64,000 nt of DNA, taken from Bacilli bacterium. Its GTDB lineage: Bacteria > Bacillota_I > Bacilli_A > RFN20 > DUOF01. The notes beneath the pieces were generated by a model. It was not told the origin of the DNA and ran no database searches. It worked only from the letters and a program-made list of their open reading frames with translations. The position numbers and the translations under genes are program-made. This document shows positions 49,275 to 56,605 of this stretch, piece by piece. The stretch covers positions 2,432 through 66,431 of the forward strand of contig JAFWYE010000010.1 in NCBI GenBank assembly GCA_017517765.1. Direction: 5' to 3'. Positions within the stretch are counted from its first letter, which is position 1. Every line of letters starts with the position of its first letter.

Positions 49275-50106
49275 GTATATAGAATTATATAGAGATTATA
49301 TGATTGTTACTAAAGGATATAGTATCAATACAGTAAATTCTTATTTAAGGGATATAAGACAATATTTTGAACTAACTAAGGGTAGGGGAGTAGAATATTA
49401 TTTTGAATATTTAGCAAAGAATAATTATAGTAGTGCAAGTCAAAATAGAAAGATCAGTGCACTTAATAACTATTACACTTACTTAATTTCATTTAATTAT
49501 TGTGATTATAATCCTTTTTATGGGGTTGAATTTGCTAAAAGGGAAAAGAAACTTCCTGAATATTTAAGTTATGACGAAGTACTAAGATTATTAGAAGTTG
49601 TAGAAGATAATTATTTAAATAGAGTTATATTAGAAGTTTTGTATGGCTGTGGTCTTAGAGTTAGTGAACTTTGCTCCTTAAAGATTAGTGATATTCATTT
49701 TGAAGAGTCACTTATTGAATGTTTTGGTAAGGGAAATAAACAAAGATATGTCCCAATTAATGAAGCTGCATTATTTGCGATAAATGATTATTTAGTCAAA
49801 TTTAGAAGTAAACTCGAATATAAAGAGAGTAATGATGTCTTGCTTTTAAATAAAAAGGGAAGAGTAATAAAAAGAGAATATATAAATAAAATGTTAAATA
49901 AAGCTAGTAAAAAAGCAGGTATTAATAAAAGAATACATCCACATATGCTAAGGCATACTTTTTCTACTCATTTATTAGAAAATGGTGCTAATTTGAGAAG
50001 TATTCAAACTATGCTAGGGCACAAAAATTTGTCTACAACTGAGATATATACGCATATAGATAAGAAAAAATTAATAGATGACTATAATAAATACTTTAAA
50101 GAATAG
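49267..50106 (+). CDS. xerD: Tyrosine recombinase XerD (RipX-like)
   Basis: C-terminal HMLRHTFSTHLLENGANLRSIQTMLGHKNLSTTEIYTH. The xerD-deoB neighbourhood matches B. subtilis ripX-drm. Confidence 0.8.
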   Translation: MNKYIELYRDYMIVTKGYSINTVNSYLRDIRQYFELTKGRGVEYYFEYLAKNNYSSASQNRKISALNNYYTYLISFNYCDYNPFYGVEFAKREKKLPEYLSYDEVLRLLEVVEDNYLNRVILEVLYGCGLRVSELCSLKISDIHFEESLIECFGKGNKQRYVPINEAALFAINDYLVKFRSKLEYKESNDVLLLNKKGRVIKREYINKMLNKASKKAGINKRIHPHMLRHTFSTHLLENGANLRSIQTMLGHKNLSTTEIYTHIDKKKLIDDYNKYFKE

Positions 50107-50150
50107 GTATTTTTAAAGATTTGATTTAAAATATTAGAGGTGATTTATTT

Positions 50151-51335
50151 ATGTATAAGAGAATATTTTTAATAGTGTTTGATTCACTTGGAATTGGAAA
50201 TGGGAAAGATGCTAAAAAGTTTGATGATGTAGGTAGTAATACTTTAAATAGTGTATTAGGAGCAGGGAAGTTTAATTTGCCTTGTCTTTCTAAATTGGGG
50301 TTTTTAAATTTGTCTAGTGATAGAAAGTATCATCAAAATGGTTATGAAGGTATTATTTGTAAATTAAATGAAGTTAGTGCAGGAAAAGATACATTAACTG
50401 GACATTATGAAATAATGGGATTAAAAGTAGAAAAACCTTCAGTTACTTTTACTGAAACTGGGTTCCCAGATGAGCTAATTGAAGAACTTGAAAGAAGATG
50501 GGGAAGAAAGATTATTGGTAATAAGAGTGCAAGTGGTACTGAAATTATTAAAGAATTAGGTGAAAGACATATGAAAACTGGTGAAGCTATAGTTTATACT
50601 AGTGCGGATTCAGTTCTTCAAATTGCTGCTAATGAAGCTGTAATACCATTAAAAGAATTATATAAGATGTGTGAGATAGCTAGAGAAGTTACTTTAAAGG
50701 ATGAATGGAAAGTAGATAGAATTATTGCTAGACCATTTATTGGTACTAATGCTACTAACTTTACTAGAACAAGTAACAGACATGACTATGCAACTTCACC
50801 ATTTGCTCCTACATATATGGATAATTTAAAAGAAGCTGGATATGATGTCATTGCTATTGGAAAGATTAATGATATCTTTAATGGTCAAGGAATAACTTAT
50901 TTTGAAAAAACTAAATCTAATATTGATGGCATGGAAAAAACTATTAGAATTGCTAAGGATGTAGATTTTACAGGACTATGTTTTGTTAACTTGGTTGAAT
51001 TTGATAGCGAATATGGTCATAGAAGAAATCCTATTGGCTATTTAAGATGCTTGGAAGATGCTGATGTGAAAATGAGAGCATTAGTTAATTCAATGAAAGA
51101 TGATGATTTATTAATCATTACTGCAGACCATGGAAATGATCCAACATACAAAGGAACAGATCATACACGTGAACAAGTTCCATTTGTTGCATATTCAAAA
51201 TCTCTTGTTAATAAAGGACATATGATTTCTAGTCAAGATACATTTGCTTGTATTGGTGCTACTATCATTGATAACTTTAATGTGGATGCAAAAGATCATC
51301 AAATTGGTAAATCTTTATTATCAATGATTAAATAA
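50151..51335 (+). CDS. deoB: Phosphopentomutase
   Basis: The N-terminal DSLGIG, the TADHGNDPT motif, and the length fit DeoB. Confidence 0.9.
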   Translation: MYKRIFLIVFDSLGIGNGKDAKKFDDVGSNTLNSVLGAGKFNLPCLSKLGFLNLSSDRKYHQNGYEGIICKLNEVSAGKDTLTGHYEIMGLKVEKPSVTFTETGFPDELIEELERRWGRKIIGNKSASGTEIIKELGERHMKTGEAIVYTSADSVLQIAANEAVIPLKELYKMCEIAREVTLKDEWKVDRIIARPFIGTNATNFTRTSNRHDYATSPFAPTYMDNLKEAGYDVIAIGKINDIFNGQGITYFEKTKSNIDGMEKTIRIAKDVDFTGLCFVNLVEFDSEYGHRRNPIGYLRCLEDADVKMRALVNSMKDDDLLIITADHGNDPTYKGTDHTREQVPFVAYSKSLVNKGHMISSQDTFACIGATIIDNFNVDAKDHQIGKSLLSMIK

Positions 51336-51363
51336 AAATCACATAATGTAAATTATGCGAAGT
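51336..51363 (-). other. dif: Candidate dif site (XerC/XerD chromosome dimer resolution site)
   Basis: The minus-strand 28-mer reads ACTTCGCATAA-TTTACA-TTATGTGATTT. It shares ACTTC with the B. subtilis dif left arm and CGCATAA with the E. coli left arm. It shares TTATGT with the XerD arm of both (consensus sequences recalled from memory). It lies at the gene-orientation switch, 1.2 kb from xerD. Confidence 0.6.
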
Positions 51364-51384
51364 TATAAAAAATAAATTTATTAA

Positions 51385-51414
51385 GGTGGTATTACTTGAA
51401 TATCGCCTTTTTTT
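51385..51414 (+). terminator. Rho-independent terminator after deoB
   Basis: Stem ggtggtatt / aatatcgcc (two G-U pairs), loop acttg, 7-T run. Confidence 0.65.
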
Positions 51415-51465
51415 ATTCCCTTCCCTACAATTTTACACAACTTTATTTTTTATCTTCTCATTAAG

Positions 51466-51494
51466 TTGAAGCTCTTGCCTTGCTTTTATATAAT
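51466..51494 (+). promoter_or_regulatory. Candidate sigma-A promoter
   Basis: TTGAAG, 17 nt, TATAAT, about 30 nt upstream of the RBS GAGGTGA. Confidence 0.45.
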
Positions 51495-51525
51495 AGGTTT
51501 ATACGGATTATTGAGGTGATTTACT

Positions 51526-51921
51526 ATGAAACACACTACATTAGATGTAAAGGCTATCGTTACCAAGGAAACTCTTGATAGAATGGCTGAAAAACAAAAA
51601 ACAGATAAGCCTATAACTCCTGAGGATGCTCCTACTAATGCTGAAATTACTGAAGGACGATCTAGAGAAAATTTAACTAGAGGCCAAAGATGGAGAATTA
51701 AGTTAAAGGCTGCTGGTGGTATGCTTGTTAAAGGATTAATTGCAGCAGCAGCAGTTATTGGTGTTATTAAACTATTTAATCCTGCTTTTGCTATACCTGC
51801 ATTACTTGTAGGTGCTGCTAACATGGGTACAATCGCTGATTTTGCATGTAAAGCAGTAGCGGCCTTCAAAGATGGTGCCACTGCCCTATTTACTAAAGCA
51901 ATGCCAGCAGGAGCGAGGTGA
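51526..51921 (+). CDS. Ala/Gly-rich small protein (131 aa): polar N-terminal half plus two hydrophobic or amphipathic helices
   Basis: Good RBS and promoter. The C-terminal half reads GGMLVKGLIAAAAVIGVIKLFNPAFAIPALLVGAANMGTIADFACKAVAAFKDGATALF. It is locally GC-richer than its surroundings. Confidence 0.6.
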   Translation: MKHTTLDVKAIVTKETLDRMAEKQKTDKPITPEDAPTNAEITEGRSRENLTRGQRWRIKLKAAGGMLVKGLIAAAAVIGVIKLFNPAFAIPALLVGAANMGTIADFACKAVAAFKDGATALFTKAMPAGAR

Positions 51922-51927
51922 AATTAA

Positions 51928-52188
51928 TTGGATAACGTAATTCAAAAAGATGATGTTGTTGTATTATCAGATAACAAAAGTTATTCTGTTTTGAGAGTTT
52001 TTGAATATGAGGGAGATTCATATGTGGTGTTTCTTCAAAGAACTGACTATGATGAAAAAAATCCCGTTGTTTTGTTTGCTAGGGAAAGAGTAGACGATGA
52101 AAAAGTTTCAGTAGACATTATTTTAGATGAAGATTTTATACGTGAACTTTCTGCTCACTTACAAAGCATTTCAGATGATAATGAATAA
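51928..52188 (+). CDS. DUF1292-family protein
   Basis: 86 aa. VVLSDNKSYSVLRVFEYEGDSYVVFLQ...VLFARE...DEDF fits the DUF1292 pattern. The TTG start follows the RBS GAGGTGA. Confidence 0.55.
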   Translation: MDNVIQKDDVVVLSDNKSYSVLRVFEYEGDSYVVFLQRTDYDEKNPVVLFARERVDDEKVSVDIILDEDFIRELSAHLQSISDDNE

Positions 52189-52214
52189 AGAGATCGATTG
52201 ATCTCTTTTTTTAT
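52188..52214. terminator. Hairpin between convergent genes (probably a bidirectional terminator)
   Basis: Stem aagagatc / gatctctt, loop gatt, T-run on the plus strand. Confidence 0.6.
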
Positions 52215-52666
52215 ATAGATAAAAGTAGTGTTTTTAAATCAAATGATATATTAGAGAGAACATTTATTGTATCATAGTCCCCTGCCTCACTAGTTTTGGA
52301 TATGATATCTTTAATTATATCTAGTATTATTTCTATTTCAGTATTTATATTCTCTATAATACTCTCCTCTTTGTAATCTTGTGATACGTAGGTTTTTATA
52401 GGACTAGTTAATTCTAAATCATCTAATTTAAATATTGGATATCCTTTTTTGATTTTTATTAAATTTTTTACTTTTTCTAAAGAATCATCTATTAAATAAG
52501 ATAATTCTTCTAGATTGGATGGTAATCCCAAGTTTTTCTCTATTATTGCATTACTAGAATAGTTCATTATATTTATTTTTTCAGTTAAAAAAGCTGCAAA
52601 TAGCTTATTTAAGGAAGATAGTTCATTCACTTCCCTATACATCGAATAATAATCATAATTTTTCAA
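52211..52666 (-). CDS. Hypothetical helical protein (about 151 aa), possibly a degenerate Dps/ferritin-like four-helix bundle
   Basis: The TTG start at 52666 lies 7 nt after AGGAGTGA (alternative ATG at 52702 has no RBS). The C-terminal EAGDYDTINVLSNISFDLKTLLLSI resembles the Dps C-terminal helix. No ferroxidase ligands are recognisable. Confidence 0.45.
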   Translation of the reverse strand: MKNYDYYSMYREVNELSSLNKLFAAFLTEKINIMNYSSNAIIEKNLGLPSNLEELSYLIDDSLEKVKNLIKIKKGYPIFKLDDLELTSPIKTYVSQDYKEESIIENINTEIEIILDIIKDIISKTSEAGDYDTINVLSNISFDLKTLLLSI

Positions 52667-52710
52667 ATAATCACTCCTAGTTATGTATATGAAAAAAAGC
52701 ATAACGTGTG

Positions 52711-53298
52711 CTATGCTTTAAAAAGTGATAAGTAATTTTGTACTTTATGACTTACTTTTAATAATTTAGAGTAATCTAATAGCTTATGATAATCTATATC
52801 ATCTTTATTGAAATAATAATTAATTAGCTTATTATATTCTCTATGATCAAATCTATTTTCATTTTTTATTATGTCACAAATAGAACGTTCTAGCTCATAA
52901 ACCTTTATATAACCATCATTAGTTTTTATTTTTGTTATTCCAATGTTATAATTGACACTAGAATTATAGAAAATCATGCAATTTTGGTACCTAGAAGCGT
53001 TGTAACCTTGTGGGACACTTATTTCTACCATCTTGGGTGCTTTCTTTAAAAAACCAAGCAAATTTAAGGCGGTAAAGCATGAATAGATTATTTGCTTATT
53101 ATTTTTTTGAAATTCATATAAAGGATTAATACTGTATTCTTTGTTAATACTATATACTCCCCTACCTATTTTGTAAATTCTATTTTGTTTTAATAGGAAA
53201 GTTAGATATATCCTGTGATAACCTAATTCGGTTACCTTTTTAGATGTAATCTTTCCTTCTTTTTTAATAATTTCATATAAATAATCTTCTTTTTTCAT
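52711..53298 (-). CDS. AbiEi-like (type IV toxin-antitoxin antitoxin family) wHTH protein
   Basis: The N-terminal GKITSKKVTELGYHRIYLTFLLKQNRIYKIGRGVYSI fits the AbiEi_4 pattern (G.vt...l..lG.....l..l...G.l.r..rGvY). Confidence 0.55.
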   Translation of the reverse strand: MKKEDYLYEIIKKEGKITSKKVTELGYHRIYLTFLLKQNRIYKIGRGVYSINKEYSINPLYEFQKNNKQIIYSCFTALNLLGFLKKAPKMVEISVPQGYNASRYQNCMIFYNSSVNYNIGITKIKTNDGYIKVYELERSICDIIKNENRFDHREYNKLINYYFNKDDIDYHKLLDYSKLLKVSHKVQNYLSLFKA

Positions 53299-53423
53299 CT
53301 TATACCTCTTTTCTTTAATTGTTTATCAAAAAAGAAAAAAAGTAAATACTATGCGAGCATAATTTTTATATATTACAAATATTCTTTAAATGATGACATG
53401 AAAAGAAAAAAAGTAATTTCATA

Positions 53424-53451
53424 AAAAAGAAAAAAGGATCAACTAGATCCT
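53424..53451 (-). terminator. Rho-independent terminator of the yqeG-nadD operon
   Basis: On the minus strand: aggatc-tagtt-gatcct followed by a T-rich run. Confidence 0.6.
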
Positions 53452-53523
53452 ATCTCCAAAAAAATTATTATATGCGCTAATATCTTTCATCGTAATAAGC
53501 TCCTATATTTTGTTATATATTGA

Positions 53524-54606
53524 TTATTTATTGGCTAAATAATATTCAAAACATTCAATAGTATCTTTATCTTTTATAACCTCTTTTGACTCTAAATATT
53601 CTTTATTAGTTTTTAAAACTTCGATGAATCCTTTTTCAAAGTCTTTGCAACATAATTCTATTAAATGAGTTGTATCAAAATTTCTATTTGGTTCTATCTT
53701 ATCTGCTACATAGATTAGTTTTTCTAGTGTAGACATATTCGCTCTACCAGTAGTATGATGTTTAATAGAGTTTAATATATCTTTATCATTTATATGAAAA
53801 TGATTATTAGCGATATACTCACCTGTATATTGATGTACTATTTTCTCATCTACATCTAAATATTCTATATAATAATTATTCATTATTTCATTTTTAGTAT
53901 CTTCATCTAAATGTTTAGCAATATCATGTAATAAAGCAGCTTTTTCTACTTTATTCTTTTTAATTCCTAATTTTGCTTCTTTATTTATTAAAAGTGCAGT
54001 ATCACTAACAGCAACAACATGATGAAATCTAGGGCCACTTAAATACATTGAAACTTGTTCTTTTAAGTACAAGTTAGTAGCTAATATATATTCTTTTATA
54101 GTTTTATCTGTGTACTCATATTCTCCTCTTTTAATAAGTGAACTAGATATGTCTTTATAGGCATGATTTATAAAAATATAATTAGGATTTACTAAATCCT
54201 CTTTATGACAAACTACACCCTCTCTTCTTGCTACAATAAACTTGAATCTAGAATAGAGCATATCAAACTTATACCATTCTTTTATATGACATAATTGATC
54301 TGCTCCTAGTAAGATATAGGCGTTATCATCTTCATTTAAAAGAGAAAATATATTATTATATGTAGTTTCCATATCACTATAGTTAAAATAAAAATCTAAT
54401 AATTTAATATTATCTTTATCTTTGCAAAATTTAGTTAACATTGTTTTTCTAATAGAAAAAGGGGTTAATTTTCCCTTTTTTGAAGTCTTATTTAATCCTA
54501 AGTATACAATGTCCCCTTTTACTTTTTTTATGGCATTTTCAATCATTGAAACATGTCCTAAATGAAGAGGATCAAAGCTACCAAAAAATAAAATTACATT
54601 TCTCAT
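53524..54606 (-). CDS. nadD: Fused nicotinate-nucleotide adenylyltransferase NadD and YqeK HD-domain hydrolase
   Basis: N-terminal GSFDPLHLGH and ISSSLIKRG (NadD). The C-terminal half has HHVVAV...LLHDIAKH (YqeK HD domain). Confidence 0.8.
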   Translation of the reverse strand: MRNVILFFGSFDPLHLGHVSMIENAIKKVKGDIVYLGLNKTSKKGKLTPFSIRKTMLTKFCKDKDNIKLLDFYFNYSDMETTYNNIFSLLNEDDNAYILLGADQLCHIKEWYKFDMLYSRFKFIVARREGVVCHKEDLVNPNYIFINHAYKDISSSLIKRGEYEYTDKTIKEYILATNLYLKEQVSMYLSGPRFHHVVAVSDTALLINKEAKLGIKKNKVEKAALLHDIAKHLDEDTKNEIMNNYYIEYLDVDEKIVHQYTGEYIANNHFHINDKDILNSIKHHTTGRANMSTLEKLIYVADKIEPNRNFDTTHLIELCCKDFEKGFIEVLKTNKEYLESKEVIKDKDTIECFEYYLANK

Positions 54607-54890
54607 TATAATTTAATAAGTTTCTTTTTACTTTCTCTATATAAAACAATGTTTCTTCCAATTATTTGAATAAGCTCACTATTAGTAGCGCTAGTTATAT
54701 CATATGCTATTTGATTAAGCGGTGAGCTTACATTTTTTAGTACACTTATTTTGATTAATTCATGTGCCTCTAAAGCTAAATCAAGCCCTTTAATTAAATT
54801 ATTAGTAATTTCTTCTTTTCCTACTTGATAGATAGGTTTTAAAGTCATTGCCATAGATCTAAGCTTAACTTTTTGTTTAACAGTAAGCAT
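54606..54890 (-). CDS. yhbY: Ribosome assembly RNA-binding protein YhbY (CRM domain)
   Basis: LRSMAMTLKPIYQVGKEEITNNLIKGLDLALEAHELIKISV. Confidence 0.85.
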   Translation of the reverse strand: MLTVKQKVKLRSMAMTLKPIYQVGKEEITNNLIKGLDLALEAHELIKISVLKNVSSPLNQIAYDITSATNSELIQIIGRNIVLYRESKKKLIKL

Positions 54891-54891
54891 A

Positions 54892-56004
54892 TTAAATCAT
54901 GGCCTCCCTAACATATACATTACAACAAGAAGGAACTTGTAATTCTAATTCTTGTTTGTTACCTTCAAAACTTAGCCATCCATATCCAGAAATCACTACA
55001 TCAAGTTTTCCTTCTTTTTCAATAGTTAAGTTGACTGTTTTTAAGTCTTTAATACTATTTATATTATTGCTTATTGGATGAATGTTTTTAGTTTTTACTA
55101 AGTTATTAAATGTATTGCTTTTTTTATCTTCCTTACATCTTACTACATTAATAAAGTTAGATAAGTATGAAGTAAAGTTAGTATCTTCTCCACCCTTAAA
55201 AGTAAATGTAGCCAATCCTCCTAAAATAAGAGTTTGCTTATTTTTTAGTTGGAATGTAGTAGGCTTAATTTCTTTTCTAGGTAAGATGTACTTTAATACT
55301 TTAGGCTCTACTGCATAATAAATAGAATTTTTAGTTATAATACCTGGAGTATCATAAATATAACTCTTTTTATCTAAAGGTATATTGATTACATTTAATG
55401 TAGTACCTGGGAAATAAGAAGTAGTAATTAATTTATCTGTGAAATTTGAATAATTCTTTAATAATGAATTTATAAATGTAGATTTACCTACATTAGAATT
55501 TCCAATAATATATACGTCTCTTCCATTTCTTAGTTCTTCAATTTTATCAAATATTAAATCTGTATTATAGTTAGTTTGACCACTTGAAAGTATTACATCT
55601 ATAACATGAGAAATACCTAAAGTATTTAATCTAGATTTAATCCATGTTTTTAATTTATTATCTTTAACAGATGCAGGAATTAAGTCTCTTTTATTAGCTA
55701 AAATAAGAATAGGTTTATCAAGTAAATAAGAAGATAGGTTTTCTATAACAGATGATTCAAAAGCAAATAAATCAATTACATATACTACTAATGCATCATG
55801 TTTTCCTACATTTTTTAAGATATTTACAAAATCTTCTGCTACTAATTGTATCTCACTATTAGTATTGTAATGTTGTAATTTGAAACAACGTTGACATAAT
55901 ATATGTTCTCTAGACTCTAAAATCTTAGCAGGCACATATCCAGCCTCATTCTCATTATTACTATGTAATACATTACCACAACCATAACATCTTAATTCAC
56001 TCAT
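54892..56004 (-). CDS. yqeH: Ribosome biogenesis GTPase YqeH
   Basis: N-terminal CYGCG...CQRC zinc finger and a circularly permuted GTPase (NKRDL...GNSNVGKST...DTPG). Confidence 0.9.
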   Translation of the reverse strand: MSELRCYGCGNVLHSNNENEAGYVPAKILESREHILCQRCFKLQHYNTNSEIQLVAEDFVNILKNVGKHDALVVYVIDLFAFESSVIENLSSYLLDKPILILANKRDLIPASVKDNKLKTWIKSRLNTLGISHVIDVILSSGQTNYNTDLIFDKIEELRNGRDVYIIGNSNVGKSTFINSLLKNYSNFTDKLITTSYFPGTTLNVINIPLDKKSYIYDTPGIITKNSIYYAVEPKVLKYILPRKEIKPTTFQLKNKQTLILGGLATFTFKGGEDTNFTSYLSNFINVVRCKEDKKSNTFNNLVKTKNIHPISNNINSIKDLKTVNLTIEKEGKLDVVISGYGWLSFEGNKQELELQVPSCCNVYVREAMI

Positions 56005-56522
56005 TTTCCTACACCCCTATCTATTTTTTCTACACTATTTAAATTATATTTCTTTCTGAAATAATTATCTAACTTCCTATTAAAAAAAGTAACAAATGAT
56101 TCTTCTTTTGATAATGGTTCAGTTAAAACACACTTTATTTTTAATCTATTAGCACATAATATATCAGTCATCATCTGATCTCCAATAAGTACACATTCAT
56201 CCAAATTTATATTATTTTTTAGTAAATATTTTCTTAAAGTAGTAGCAAAGGGTTTTTTAGCACCCGAAACACAATTAATTTCTAACATATTTGAATATGC
56301 AGTAACTCTTTTTCCAGTATTGTTAGAAACAATAATAACTTCAAATCCTTCCTTTTTTAATTCCTTAAAAAACTCTATTGTCTTTTCATCAGGCAATGGA
56401 ACATTATATGGGGCAAGAGTATTATCTAAATCTGTTAAAATATATTTAATATTGTTTTCCTTTAAGAAATTTAAATCTATTTTATAAATATTTGTGCAAC
56501 ACCATGTAGGTAAACGTGCCAT
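56001..56522 (-). CDS. yqeG: YqeG-family HAD-IIIA phosphatase
   Basis: LTDLDNTL nucleophile motif, SNN and GDQMMTD. Confidence 0.85.
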   Translation of the reverse strand: MARLPTWCCTNIYKIDLNFLKENNIKYILTDLDNTLAPYNVPLPDEKTIEFFKELKKEGFEVIIVSNNTGKRVTAYSNMLEINCVSGAKKPFATTLRKYLLKNNINLDECVLIGDQMMTDILCANRLKIKCVLTEPLSKEESFVTFFNRKLDNYFRKKYNLNSVEKIDRGVGK

Positions 56523-56605
56523 TAATAATCACCCATAGTAATTTTACTTTAAATTATAGTAATTTAAAATACTTTAAGAGCATTAATTTAACTAGGAGGA
56601 ATTAA

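Noticed and set aside
49267-50106. Tyrosine recombinase as a possible integrase of a mobile element
   Set aside because: The sequence has XerD-type C-terminal motifs. Its context (dinB-xerD-deoB, as in ripX-drm) is chromosomal housekeeping. There are no flanking att-like repeats or phage or ICE genes.
51486-51881. 131-aa minus-strand ORF mirroring the Ala/Gly-rich plus-strand gene
   Set aside because: It is the antisense shadow of GCN/GGN-rich codons. It has no RBS or promoter on the minus strand, whereas the plus-strand ORF has a consensus-like promoter and a GAGGTGA RBS.
53330-53416. 16-nt direct repeat aaaagaaaaaaagtaa (53330-53345 and 53401-53416) upstream of the AbiEi-like gene
   Set aside because: It is a low-complexity A-run sequence in an AT-rich intergenic region. 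A chance occurrence is likely, and it has no symmetry suggestive of an operator.
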